DNA of 63,398 nucleotides, the filler included, from Trichodelitschia bisporula (Eukaryota): NCBI GenBank assembly GCA_010356995.1. It is 6 parts of 4 records of this genome, joined end to end, with 100 filler letters (N's around TTAATTAATTAA, not from the genome) between each part and the next. Parts side by side here need not be neighbours in the genome. Positions count along the whole stretch, not along the records: positions 47,564 to 56,005 come from ML996710.1; positions 56,106 to 57,220 come from ML996711.1; positions 57,321 to 60,152 come from ML996711.1; 3 more parts are not named here. One strand, 5' to 3'. The notes beneath the pieces were generated by a model. That model saw only the letters and a program-made list of their open reading frames with translations, was not told the origin of the DNA and made no database searches. A program made the translations under genes and the position numbers. Of this stretch, positions 47,564 through 60,252 are shown piece after piece; the first letter of the stretch is position 1, and every line of letters starts with the position of its first letter.

Positions 47564-48636
47564 GGAAGCAACAACAAAAGCTCTTTAGCGTACGCTGCCG
47601 CCGTCCCCGCCGCGAATGGCTGCCAGCTCTTATTCTTGTGAGAGTCCGAGTAGTCGCAGATTCCCCGCACAGGCAGGCATGGAAAACTGTTCATCACCCC
47701 GGCGGCTTCCATTTCGAAGCACAGGACGCCTCCGAGTTCCTTGCTGACTTTGTCGCGTTCCTTGGCATCGCGCATGACTTGATTCCCCGAGGCGATCGTA
47801 CCGTAGTGAACCATGACATGTTCGCCACGTGTCTGGCGCCGCACGCTATGTTCTTCCTTACAATTCTTGCAGTTTTCCTCTCCCTCCTCATGGTTGTACA
47901 CAGGGTCGTATAGGACATCGGGCCCAGCCTTGTCGCGAGCGAAAAGGGACTGGTTGCTGAGGTTTGCAAGATAATCTAGGAAAACAACTCTTCCTTTCAG
48001 ATGGCTGGCCTTCAGACTCACCACCGCGTTCAGCAAGGCCATTGGGGGCGCGTTCAGAAATCCAGTTCGTTCAACTCCGTCCGGCCTGGTCTTGCCCAAG
48101 TCGTACTGGATCACTCCGCCACAATCCTTGGACGGCTGGCATACAACAACGTCCCCAAGCCGGATGTCGGCTTTTGCGCTCGGCACACCGCCTCCAATGC
48201 CGACCAAGACGCCGAATTGAACCGAAGGGAAGGTTGACTGCATTCGAGCAACCGCCGAGGCCGCCGAGTTTGTGCCCGTGAGCCCCAAGGCCACGATCAC
48301 CGTATTGTGTTCGCCAATGCGGCCGAGCGTGTAGCTATTGGTATCTGATGCGTTCCGGGGGAGACGTTTGTGCTCCTCATCGAGCATTTCCTGGGCTGCT
48401 GCAAGTTCAATGTCAAGCGCGCAAATCCATCCTATCGTATAGTCTTCGTGACGAAGTTGGCGGACTGGCTCTCTATTAGTGGCTCTCTGGGGGGCAAGTG
48501 GTAAAGATGAGGTCTGGCTGACACTGCTCGCGGGGGCAGGCGCGGGAGTGTTGCCGGCAACAGGTAAGGAGGGTTGCGAAAGGCTGGAAGAGGCACGAAA
48601 GTGGCCCTGTGTCCGGATCCGCTTTGCAGGTGGCAT
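47564..48636 (-). CDS. PNP_UDP-domain protein, N-terminal part of a fungal NLR; 3' end lost in the assembly gap
   Basis: YTIGWICALDIELAAA, LVGIGGGVPS, HYGTIASGNQVMRDA, LCFEMEAAG, RGICDYSDSHKNKSWQPFAA; open frame up to the gap. Confidence 0.88.
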
Positions 48637-49283
48637 CTTGGAAATAATGATTCTAGTCAAAAAATTGCGGACTTGTGAAAATGCAGGAGCGGAACTCGAG
48701 GTTAAGGGCGAGACTTTGGGGCTTCCGGCTGAACTCAACTGCGGGGCAGAATGCCAAGAATGAGGCTGTGAACTGTCGGGCGCGGAGGGGGAGGACAAGA
48801 TTGGAGGAGACACAACCACATGCCACTGGGCATCAAGTTCTCCTACCAACTGATCAGTTCACAGACGAAGATTTCGCTGGAGGACATGTCCGGTTGTTCA
48901 TCCATGTGCACCGCCCACGATGCTTGCGTCGTCTATGCCCGCGTCGTAGGTGCTGTACGGGATATCGAGACTGACCAGGGCTCTAGCATAAACAGGCTCG
49001 GGAGGATGCCGGAGTGGCGGTCGTGCAACGATACAAGGCTGACTGCGATGCTATGAACATACACGTCAAAAAGCCTTTAGTAAAGCGTTTTGCTGCACAG
49101 ACATTCCGCAATTTTCGGGGCCTGATACTACTATCACGACCCAAGCCCGCCAACGTAGCCGTCTTACCTGGTCAATTTTTGAGATCCCATCGGCCACCGT
49201 TCATTAGACAGTGAATAAATGGTGCCCCTCCGGACAGCAACAAGCCGACGTTCTTAGTTTACAGCAGCGCAGAGCTGCCTCCT

Positions 49284-50393
49284 TCACTTTCCCAATACCT
49301 TCCGTGTCACACTGCGCGGTAAGCAGCTAGAAAGGTCAGCAGGACGTAAAAGGAAAAGATAATGCCTTACTACACCGGATCCACTTCCTCCAGCCCGGGA
49401 AACTTCAAAATGCTGAGTCCCGCAAGCCCAAATACCGTGTGAAAAACATCCACCATGTCGCCTGGCCGATCAGATATGCCCCCGTGCTCAGGGTCCTGGC
49501 ACCGGAGAATGAAGCTCTCTAATGCCTTACCGTCAATCCAGTGTACCCGGTTCAGCATCGCCAGACTGCTGAGCACCCACCAGCTGTAGCACACATCCTC
49601 CTTCTTCTCCGGCCGTCCGTTCAATCCGCCCTTACTCTCGCCCACGGACACCTGCCGCTCGCTCAACCACCCAGCCAAGTGCTCCGTATCGACTGTATCA
49701 AGGCGGTCCGCAATCGACAGCGCCGCAAGGTAGGTGAATATCTGGCCGGAATGCGATTCTGCACCAGGCGAATTGCCATATCCACCGTCGGGATTGGCGC
49801 AGGACTCGATATATGTGACCGCACGGGGAACATCGACGAGATCCAACCGACCAAGGAGCGACAGCGCATTCAACGCTCCGTACAGGAAGCGCGTGTCAGG
49901 CTCTCCATACTGATCGCCGAAGAACGTCCCCGTAGCCGGATCCTGCAGCCCGCAATAACTGCTCCGTCAGCCCAGTCCACATCTATCCAGCAAACTCACA
50001 CTTAGCAATTTTCTCCTTCCCCCCCGGCACTCTCGCCTCAAGCTCCTCAAATCCATCCACCAGCGCCAAAATCTGCACTCCGCTCACAGTATACAGCATA
50101 TGCGCATCATGTCCTGGAGCAGCACCCATCCCGCCCGACTCATGCAGACAGCTGAGCACGAAGTCGAGCACCTCGGCGCGGGGCAAGGCGTCCGGCTTCC
50201 CGAGCAGGTGCAGCGCGGTCAAGCCCCAGTATAATCCGTTTAGTCGTAGATGTTCTGTCAACCAGTACTCAAATTCGTCGTGCCGCTTGTCTAGCGTTTG
50301 AGTGTAGCGCACGTGGGCGCTGGTGTGAAGTTGCTGTGGGGAGGGTGCCGAGGAGAGGGCGCCGCCGCGGCCGGGGCCGGCGACGAGGGACAT
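49284..50393 (-). CDS. BET2: Rab geranylgeranyltransferase (type II) beta subunit, 3 exons
   Basis: [77 protein letters not shown]. There is a frame conflict at the first intron (see findings). Confidence 0.93.
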
Positions 50394-51100
50394 CGTGGGT
50401 GTGACTGTAGGTCTTCAAGGCTTAGCAAGGCTAGTTCTGACACTGCCAGCCGGCACGTGTGCTGCAATGAAGCTATCTGGGCTTTCTGGGGGGTGGAGCA
50501 GAGGTTGACGTGGGGTCACTTTGAAGGTTGCCTGGTCTCGTCGAGCGAAGCTCGCGGTAAGCGAGGAGGGTGGTAGGGTGCGGGAAGCGGAGATATGTCG
50601 GATGATCCTCAAAGGGTTTACTCTGCTTGATCGGTATGAAAAATATCAGCTCTAATGATCCCTCAGCCTTATGGCTTTGTACGTAGTAGATGAGAGTGAA
50701 CTTTAACTTGAGTTGGCAGGGTTAAGATAAACCCCGCGCCAAGCCGTAAATATATACTGCGGGGTGGGGCAAGAGCTTCAGCCACCCTTGTCACTGTACA
50801 GTAGCTCTGGACGAGAGAGGCGGCACTTGTGCTGGATCTTGAGGCCAACCTCAGGGAGTTACTGGGAGTAGATAGCCCCTAATCCATCCAAGGTCTGTGC
50901 CTTTAAGTTAGAGGCTTTCGGCCACGGTTGCCTCGCAGGGAGCTGGGTGATGGTGGTGATGTTACACTGAGGACAAAAAATGGACTGATGTTGAATAGGA
51001 TATGGCTTTCACCGAGCTTGGTCTCAGTCTCGAGGGCATTCTGGTGGGAATTTCGCCGGTGTTGCACTCGTGAAATCAAGCACCATACGCACAAAGCTAT

Positions 51101-51831
51101 CTATGCCTCCTCTTCCTCGTTGACAATCAGGTCCCAATGCTTGACCTCAAAGGTCTCCAAAATGCGGTCGCGCATCTGTATCGCCGCCCCAAGAAGTGGG
51201 CCTGGCTTGCGCGCCTCGAGGTCAACATCTTCACGGGCATACTCGTCTGCCATGTGTGGGACATTAATCGAAATGACAATGTCGGTCTTCTGCGCCGCGA
51301 GCAGCATGAGCACCAGGAAGATGCCCGTGAAGTCGGCCTGCGGAGAGCGGGAGGGCGCGGCACTTGGGTGTTGGGTGGCAAACATAGTGAACGCTGGGAT
51401 CGACCTACGGAGTGAGGTTAGGTAGAGAATGGGGCACAGACGAGGTAGTTAACGCGTAAAGAAGAGCTGTACTCATATTAGCGGGGCATACATACGGCAT
51501 TTCGCCAGCGCCGCTGGGGCAAAATCCGCCCAGATGCGCGTCTCGTCGGCGCTGCTGGTGACGATATCAGCGAAATGAAAACACAGAGCGGCTTCGTCCG
51601 AGCTGTCGTTCGGCTGGATGATGCGCTCAGTTATGTCGAAGATGATGCTCGTGAGGCCGGTGGTGTGGAGGTAGACTTCTTGGTTATCGGGAACCTGGCG
51701 GATGGTGCTGTGGGGTTAGATGGGCGCAGAGTGGAAGCTTCCCGTGAATCTCACCTAACGTCCGCGAAGTCGGGGGGAAGGTCGGCTGTGAGGGCGCCGC
51801 CGAAGAGTGGGACGGTGGTGAAGGTGGTCAT
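51101..51831 (-). CDS. MOG1: Ran guanine-nucleotide release factor Mog1, 3 exons
   Basis: LFGGALTADLPPDFADVS-TIRQVPDNQEVYL, SIIFDITER, QKTDIVISINVPH, FEVKHWDL. Confidence 0.9.
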
Positions 51832-53181
51832 TGTGAATGTTTTGATGGCTTTGCCGAAGTGAGGTGAGATTCGAGGTTCATAGCAGGCAGGGTATTTAAG
51901 TCTGGGGGAAAGTTCTAGTTCTAGGCAGACATAGACAGACTCAATGCTCAAAGCTATGACTATTTCAACGCCTCATGAAGGATGCAGCTCGAGACGAAAT
52001 TATTGGACAACTGAAGCAACTTTGGAAAGTGAGCATTTCACATTCTCTAGTCATCGATTTGGTCCTGCAGAGACCTGTCTTTGTGTTGAACACACCGTTG
52101 ATTGGATTGGATTTTCACCTATACACACCCACGCGGCGGCAGCACCGTACTGATGTTTACTAGTCCTAACAGCCAGAGGGGTGGGCGGGACGACCCGAAG
52201 ACCGAGTTTAGACATTTATCTGTCGCTTGATGTCGTCGCGTTGTTGTCGCTTGATGTCAGTGAGGAAGCGGCTTCTGCAGACCATTTTTCTTGTTCCCTC
52301 GTAGGCGCTTCTCCCCCGATACGAGGCCACAAAAGCTGGTGCAGCCTACTCCGCATGGACGGAAGGTGCAGCACAGCCAAGCACCTCACGCAAGAAAATC
52401 GCCTTACTGTTTCGTACCATGGTAGTTTAAGCACGAACCACACGACTCTTCGAGCTCCGCCGGCATCTGCCTTCGGGAGGGGTGCAGTAATGTACAAATC
52501 CGCAGTGGTCAACCGACATGATGGGAAAACTTTTGAGAGCAGGGCTCGTCGACACCCGGGTACAGCGGAGCGGACAATGCTTTTGCCAGCTGGCCACCTG
52601 CCCTTCCATTCATACTGTGGTAAATTTAAGCCTTGATTATTGGTGGACGTGTCGCCATGCAGTATGCATGTAGACTGCAGAGGTGCGTTGGCATGTTTCA
52701 GTAGAGTAGGCCTGCGCCTTCGAAGAAGAGGAGTTGAGGCTGTGCCTCGTGAGATGGAGGCGTGAGGCTCTGCCTTTGAAGGGGAGGGGTGGCTCTCATT
52801 CCCTTTCTGTTCATTCTCCGCTCAGCCAACTTCAAAACGCACGCTTCACGCTTCACGCTTCACGCATCATTCGGGCCTTTCTTCTTGGCTGTTTGTACAA
52901 CATCTCCCGCTATTATCGGATCAGAAAGCCACATCATCGGTACGAATGCATTTCTCTAATCACTGCCTCCTCTGATTCGCGATAGTCCAAAACCAACTAG
53001 GCTAGGCAAAGCCAGGAGCCTCCTCGTTAACAAATTTATTAAGAGCCGTCGGCCCACTATCACCGTTCTTCACAATATCGCTTCGCCGTCTCCGTCGAAA
53101 GTGCGCAGCCCTGTGGGTGGCGTGAAGGAGGGGACAAGGAGCAAAAGACTCATCATTCGGGAGGGAGTCTCGCCTCCCCGC

Positions 53182-56005
53182 ATGGAAAGACAGCAACTAG
53201 ACAAGAAGGTAGGTTCTCAGTTTGCATGGCCCACCTCGTGGTCTACAGATATCGAATGCAAACCCACTGACAATGTGGAGCTCTCTCATGCTGACACGGC
53301 TGCTGTTCGGAGCCTACTGCGCAAATTGAAGCATTCGGAATACACAATAGGATGGATATGCGCACTCCCTATCGAACTCGCGGCTGCCCGAGAGATGCTG
53401 GATGAGGAGCACCAGGATCTCCCTCAGAGTCCACCAGATGACAATATCTACCGACTTGGCCGCATTGGCGAACACAATACTGTCATTGTGGGCTTTCCGG
53501 CCGGATTCACGGGCTCCTCACAGGCGGCCCGGGTGGCCAGTCAAATGCAGACGACTTTCAAGTCGATTCGGTTTGGCCTTATGGTGGGCATTGGAGGTGG
53601 TGTGCCGAGCCGCAGACATGATATTCGACTCGGAGATGTTGTCGTGAGTCAACCATCGAATGGCCATGGCGGAATAATCCAGTACGACTTTGGCAAAACA
53701 AGACCGGACGGGTTTGAGCGGACTGGCTTCTTGAATTCACCTCCAACCGCTTTACTGAGTGCTGTAGCGAGTCTGAAGGCCAATCGCGACTTGGAAAAAA
53801 AATTCCTACGCCACCTTTTGAAACCGACCCGTCCACCTTGGTTTGCACAGAATGCCGGACCAGACGTTTTATATTGCGCTAACTACAACCATGACCGACC
53901 TGGTACTGATGACTGTCGGGAGTGCAAAACGGAGCATGTCGAACAGCGACAGCCACGTGAACATTTCATCGTCCATTACGGCACCATAGCATCCGGAAAT
54001 CAAGTCATGCGAGATGCTACGACAAGAGACAACGTCAGCAAGGACCTTGGAGGTGTACTCTGCTTTGAGATGGAGGCGGCAGGGCTTATGAACCATTTCC
54101 CGTGCCTTGTTGTGCGGGGCATTTGCGACTATGCGGACTCGCATAAGAATAAGAACTGGCAACTGTTTGCGGCAGGGCTAGCAGCTGCGTATGCAAAAGA
54201 GGTCCTTTTGTTGATGCCGGCAGCCGAAGTCGAGACAGGATCATCTGCGGTTGAGTTGATGAACCAAAATCTTAGTAAGTAGCCTTCACCCTTTCTTAAC
54301 TGGTAGAGGTCATAGGGAAGGTAGGGCTAACCGCAGTCGCTAGAATTCAATAAGGTTCTTGGAAACATACCCACGGCTGTAGAAGCGCCTTTCAATGCAC
54401 GCAAACGAGAACACGACACTGCCTGCCTCCCTGATACCCGTGTCGCACTTCTCAAGCAGATATATGAATGGGCTGATGGCATGGACTCCCCAAATATATT
54501 CTGGCTGAGCGGGTTGGCCGGTTATGGTAAGTCTACGGTTGCGCGAACAGTGGCCGCCAGATGTTTCAAGAAAGGCCTTAGCGCCAGTTTCTTCTTCACC
54601 AAAGGCGGCGGAGATGTTGGCCACGCCGGCATGTTTGTTACAAGCATCGCAGTGCAGCTTGCAAATAATGTGCCGGATCTAAAGCCGGTCATTTGCGATG
54701 CCATCGCCAACAACCGCAACATCGCAAGCCTGTCTCTACGCGAGCAGTGGGACCGTCTTGTTCTCGCTCCTATATCGCTGTTTGGAACCGATCAATCCTC
54801 TCCAACATTTCTCCTGGTTGTCGACGCTCTTGACGAGTGCACAGATGAGAGCGATGTGCGGATCATTCTTCAGCTTTTCGCCGAACTTCGAGGATCGCAC
54901 CAAACCAGGCTGCGAGTATTTTTGACGAGCCGACCCGAAGCTCATATCCGGGATGGGATTCAGCATATACCAGAAGTGGAACACTACGACTTTGAACTGC
55001 ATGGCATTCAACAGTCGGTTGTCGAACATGATATCCGCGTTTTCTTAGGGCACGAGCTTCGCCGTATTTCCTGCGAGTACTTTGATGGCACTGACTGGCC
55101 AAGCGCGCAGGACATCATTGGTCTTGCTCGGAACGCAAGTGGCCTATTCATCTGGGCTGCTACGGCATGTCGCTTTGTTAGGACGGGGAGACAATTTGCC
55201 ACCGACAGACTGGCTTCCCTCCTAAACCAATCCCCCACCGAGGGTAACACGCCGGAGAAGCAGCTCGACTACATCTATTCCACTGTCCTCAAGCAAAGCG
55301 TTCCTGAAGACTTTTCGGAAAAAGAGAAGGAAAAGCTGCGGTCTATGCTGAAACCTCTACTTGGAAGCATTGTAACCTTGTTCTCTCCACTTTCCATCCA
55401 GTCCTTGAGCAACTTGATGGAAACTTGCGGCAACGAAGTAAGCCAGACACTGCGCGATCTCCACGCCATTTTCGACATTCCAAAAGAGCCAAATCGCGCA
55501 CTCCGTTTACACCACCCTTCATTTCGGGACTTCCTTCTGGATAAAAAAAGAAGCGGAAGTGCCAAGTTCTGTGTTGACGAGAAGCAAGCACATCAGTCTC
55601 TTTCTGCGCACTGCATGCGACTTATGTCCAAATCCCTTAAGCAAGACTTGCTGGAAATTGGCCGTCCGGGTGCGCCTGCAACAGAAATCGCGAACGATCG
55701 ACTAGAGCGATGTCTCCCTGCTGAAGTACAATACGCATGCCTCTACTGGATCCAGCATACTCAGAAGGGTGGCTCCCAGCTTAGAGATGATGACCAAGTT
55801 CATCGGTTTCTAAAAGAGCATCTTCTTCATTGGCTTGAGGCGCTTGGATGGATGCAGAAGGTTTCCGAAGGGTTTCATGCCATCGTGTCTTTGGAGTCCA
55901 TGATATCGGTAAGCTGGACGTAAAGCAGAGTGGGGATACTTGGCTGATACTTGGTTTAGGCGCAGAGGTGTCCGCGACTATCGGAGTTTGTTCATGACAT
56001 GAAAC
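53182..56005 (+). CDS. HET-E-like NLR: PNP_UDP effector + NACHT, C-terminal sensor (probably WD40) lost in the gap; exact start uncertain
   Basis: Complete PNP domain; intron ~54275-54343; CLPDTRVALL; Walker A GLAGYGKST; Walker B LVVDALDEC; LTSRPE; GLFIWAATAC; HHPSFRDFL; QYACLYW; LHWLEAL; intron 55909-55959; FVHDMK. Confidence 0.92.
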
Positions 56006-56105
56006 NNNNNNNNNNNNNNNNNNNNNNNNNNNNNNNNNNNNNNNNNNNNTTAATTAATTAANNNNNNNNNNNNNNNNNNNNNNNNNNNNNNNNNNNNNNN
56101 NNNNN

Positions 56106-57220
56106 TGACCCCAACGCCGAGTCAGTGACAGTGTCACTGCCTGCCTCTCATTCGGATGGCTCTTGACGAGCCAACTACCCTGTTCTCTTAGATCTCGATG
56201 GAGCTATCAGTGAGAATCCGCTAATTCGAGGCCCAGAACCCCGTCGAGCCCCTTGCCAGCTCTCGCACGATGTCCAAGGCCAAGGACAAAGAGCCGATGA
56301 AGACGGCTGCTGCTCCCGGCAGGTCAGCACAGTCACCTACCTCGGATACCCCTCTCCCAACCCCCCTTGCCAGGCCGTCGGACGGCGAAGAACATCGGCC
56401 CCCGGAGAGTGAAGGAGATACCCCGGCCGGAGCCACTCCCGACCGGGTACGAATCATCTGGGACGAAAACGACCCTCATTGGAGTTTGGTGGGCGTTGAC
56501 AATTTGGTCCTGGAATGGAGAAGCGGCGAAGAACTCAGCGACCTGGTTGTGGGGCACGGACAAGAATGGCTTCGAGCTATGGAGGGGCTCCGTCGCAATG
56601 CAGCCGCCGACGCGGAACATGTCCGTGCCGCGCAGGAGGCGTCGACACGTGCCCTTGCCGACCTCCAGTCAGCCCAACAGTCGCTGGCGCAACTTGAGGC
56701 CGAACAGCAAATCATCCTCGAAAACTCGGTTCGCGAGAACGCCTTGCATGCGGAGCGCGCGGTACAACTTGCTCAAGCCACCGAAGCTCTTGCCACAGCC
56801 AACTCGGAACTTCAAATGGCTCAAGCAAAAGCTCGTCTGCAGTTCGGCTCTCTTCGTGGAAACGACGCTTCCACCCGGCCCGGCCCCTTCCTCAGGCCTG
56901 ACGCCTCGACTCCGTCCAGTGCGGAGTCGGACCAGACTCCCGCCATTCAGTCCGGCTCTCTAGCACCACCATCTGTCGACTTGATGCCTCAGGGCTCTGC
57001 AGCGTTACAGCGGGCTGAGAACTCGGATCCCCCCACCTTCAGCGGAGCCAACCGTGCCCAATACGCATCCTGGCGTGTTCAGATGACCTGGAGGATGCAG
57101 TACATCCCCACTGAGGCCCGCAAGATTGGCTTTCTTTGTCAAAAGCTCAACGGACTTGCCCTTGATCTCCTGCTCCCTTTCTTGAATCTCGGCACCCCGG
57201 AATGCTACACACACTCTTCC
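56106..57220 (+). mobile_element. Second copy of the Ty3/Gypsy-like 5' end (LTR end at 56130, gag ORF from 56270), bounded by gaps
   Basis: Near-identical to 14155-15015; extends into DPPTFSGANRAQYASWRVQM...RKIGFLCQKLNGLA, a gag-like motif. Confidence 0.75.
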
Positions 57221-57320
57221 NNNNNNNNNNNNNNNNNNNNNNNNNNNNNNNNNNNNNNNNNNNNTTAATTAATTAANNNNNNNNNNNNNNNNNNNNNNNN
57301 NNNNNNNNNNNNNNNNNNNN

Positions 57321-57462
57321 CAGCTTTCACTTCGGTTCAATTCGGCGTCTTGGTCGGCATCGGAGGCGGTGTGCCGAGCGCAAAAGCCGACATCCGGCTT
57401 GGGGACGTTGTTGTTTGCCAGCCGTCCAAGGATTGTAGCGGAGTGATTCAGTACGACTTGGG
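57321..57462 (+). pseudogene. PNP_UDP fragment cut by LTR-B
   Basis: FTSVQFGVLVGIGGGVPSAKADIRLGDVVVCQPSKDCSGVIQYDLG, then LTR; same junction as at 18694/18695. Confidence 0.85.
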
Positions 57463-57603
57463 TGTTAAAATGAAGTGTGAACTTGACTGAGTTGCTTGAT
57501 CGACTAGCATTGGGAAGTGAGCTGACTATATACCTCGCCAGGAGACAACTCCCGTCTCCTGGCTCCACTCCAGCCACCCCAGGTTGCCGCCACAAATTCA
57601 ACA
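57463..57603 (-). mobile_element. Solo LTR family B
   Basis: Reverse complement of 18554-18694. Confidence 0.85.
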
Positions 57604-59331
57604 CGCAGCAACAGCTCCGCGGCGGGCCAGTCGGGCGACCCGAGCACGTTGATCAAGTCCTCGATGAAGATGTCGAGCAGGTTGTGGTACGGCTGGTCGT
57701 CGGACTTGGTCGACGCGAGCGCGCGCTGCGCGAGGTAGCGAATCACGTAGGAGGCGTTTTTCAGGGCATTGTCGTGCGTGCGCGTTCTCAACGAAGAGCA
57801 GGCGCATCGCGAGGAACTCCATCTTGGTGGCCGCGCTCTCCGCGACGTTGACCTCAGATACGAGCATCTCGAGCCGGTGAAACACGGGCCCGCACATGTG
57901 CAGCAGCGCGGCCAGCGGTTTCTTCTGGGAGGCGAAGATTTTGAACGCGTCGGTGCTCATGCGCACCTCGACGACCGGCACGACGCTGTTGACGACGTGC
58001 TCCTGTGCGCGCATCATCCCCCCAGAGCACCACCTCCGAGTACAGCTGCTTGTCCTCGCGGCCGGCGGTCAGCACGCGCCGCAGGATCTTTGCCGCGTAG
58101 AGCCCCTTCTCCGCGTGATGCAGCCAGACGGCCCAGTCCGCGACGTCGTCGTTGACGACCAGGTTGATGCACTCGACCGAGGACACCGTATTGTCGCACA
58201 GCTTCTGCAGCCGCATCACGCTGTCGACAGCAACCCGGGAGAACGATCCGGTGGCGACAGCGGTGTGGACCGCGTTTTCGATGCGTACTGTTGGAAAGCG
58301 GTGGCTGTGCTCAGCCTTACCCAGTTTCAGCTACAGGGCTCGAGTATAAGTAGACTCGGGATCCCCACCTCTTTGACAATTAAGCAACTTGTTCATGGAC
58401 AGACCTTTGGTCCAACTTATGATGCTGTGATGTTTCCATTGATCACACATCCCCTCTTAACACGTACCTGCAGCGCCTCGGCGAGCATGGGCGGGTCGCC
58501 CTCGTCACCCGGGCCCTGGCTGAAGTACGCGGGGTCGTCGCGCTCCGCAGCGTCGGCCTTCTCACGCTGATCGATGCTCAGCTCCAGCACGTCGTGGCGT
58601 GGGCGTTTGCGCGCCTCTTCCACCACTCGCGCGTCAACGTCGGAGAATTCCTGGTACTCATCGCGGCCATGCTGACGCGGATCGTGGAGTTGTCCCTGGC
58701 GGGGGCGGCATTGAGCGTGCGGATCTGCATTTGCGGTGGGGCTTGACATATATTGTTGGCTCATCGTCTGACTGGACGGGTGGCTGGACGGTCTGGTGAA
58801 CAGTGGGCTGGACATTTTGGACCACGGTTAGCTGGACCTGGGTAGCTTGAACCTGAACGGCTGGCCCGATCTGAACGGTTGGCTGAACCACGGGGGGCTG
58901 GACCGTGACTGCTGGCCGAACCTGAGCAGGCTGGACCGAACGGTTGGCCGAGCTTGAACAGGCTGCTGGACCTGGATGACAGGCCGGACCGGCTTCCGAG
59001 CCGTCACTTGGATGCTGCCTAGTATGTCCGGCGCAGGCGTCATCTGGGGCTTCGGCTCCACCTGAATCGTCTCGCCCTGGGGCGGAGCTTTGCCATGTGG
59101 GCGTAGACACACGCCGCACCGGCGGCATCACGACATGGGCCGTCTTCCGCGGCTTCTCGGCCACAGCGGGATAGTGGTGCGCAACATGGGCCTTGTCGGA
59201 GACCAGCCTTGTCGAACAGGCTCAACCGGAGCGGCTCGCGGGCGCTGACCCGTCGGCTCGACAACGCCGGCAGCCCCGCAGAACTGTACTCGGTGAGGGC
59301 GCCGGGATGCAGCAGCTGGCGTAGCTTGCGG
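57604..59331 (-). pseudogene. SCC2: Internally deleted, frameshifted Scc2/Mis4 (NIPBL) cohesin-loader copy carrying a solo LTR-A
   Basis: SIDQREKADAA..DDPAYF..MLAEALQVR|IENAVHTAVATGSFSRVAVDSVMRLQKLCD..AAKILRRVLTAGREDKQLYSE..KMEFLAMRLLFVENA..STKSDDQPYHNLLDIFIEDLINVLGSPDWPAAELLLR. Confidence 0.78.
58289..58462 (+). mobile_element. Solo LTR family A with a 5-bp target-site duplication
   Basis: CGTAC-TGTTGG...TTAACA-CGTAC. Confidence 0.93.
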
Positions 59332-59412
59332 GTGGCACGGGTGAAGTTGGTGGCGCGGGTGGAGTTGGTGGCGCGGGTGGAGTTGGTGGCGCGGGTGGAG
59401 TTGGTGGCGCGG
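59331..59412. repeat. 18-bp tandem repeat x4
   Basis: GGTGGCGCGGGTGGAGTT units. Confidence 0.8.
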
Positions 59413-59931
59413 AGGAGATAGTGGCGCGGGTGGAGGTGGCGCTCTAGAATCAGGCTCTCTGTGCAGGGTCTCGGATGACATACACAGGATTATCCCCCTA
59501 GCATCCTAGCATAGCTTCACGTCTTTATCAATGGAGGCTAATGAGAGGACATGCTGTACGTGACCGTCTCCCTTTTCCGCCTTGGACCAGGTTGAGCTAG
59601 GGCCTGGCCCCGTCTTCGTCAACGCTCTGCACGACGAAAAGAAGCTGGGAGTGGCAAACTTTGAACACAGCCACCACATTCCATCATAACTTCTCTGCGT
59701 TGTGAAGGAATGGTTAATTCCAGATCCTTCCAGATGCACAATGTATTGAAGCTATTTAATCACTGATGGCGATATTTTCATTCGCCATTGATACTATTTG
59801 TAATTGGAGCATTCGATTTCAAAGCTGTCTTATTCCAATACGTAATTCATTGCCACTTTCGCTCTAAAAAAAAATGTATAAAAAGACAATGGCCTCAACG
59901 GAGGTGGGTGGGGAGGAGGTTAAGAGACACT

Positions 59932-60152
59932 TCAGCAAATGAATTCCATACACAGCACTCGACCAGACCGATACCCCAAGCCAATCTTATCCCCGTGAAT
60001 GGCGACGGCCGCCGGATAGCGATACTCGAGTGGAAGCCAAAGACGTTCTTCCGCGCCTATGGTTATCCATTCCCCGACAATTCTGAAACGTTGAGGATCC
60101 GGTCCGGAACCTGGCGACTGCTTGCCGTCCGGCGAGAAGGCCACGGCGTTGA
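59932..60152 (-). CDS. C-terminal tail of a NACHT-WD40 (HET-E/D-like) NLR; partial
   Basis: NAVAFSPDGKQ (WD40 unit), then EWITIGAEERLWLPLEYRYPAAVAIHGDKIGLGYRSGRVLCMEF, the typical tail of these proteins. Confidence 0.75.
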
Positions 60153-60252
60153 NNNNNNNNNNNNNNNNNNNNNNNNNNNNNNNNNNNNNNNNNNNNTTAA
60201 TTAATTAANNNNNNNNNNNNNNNNNNNNNNNNNNNNNNNNNNNNNNNNNNNN

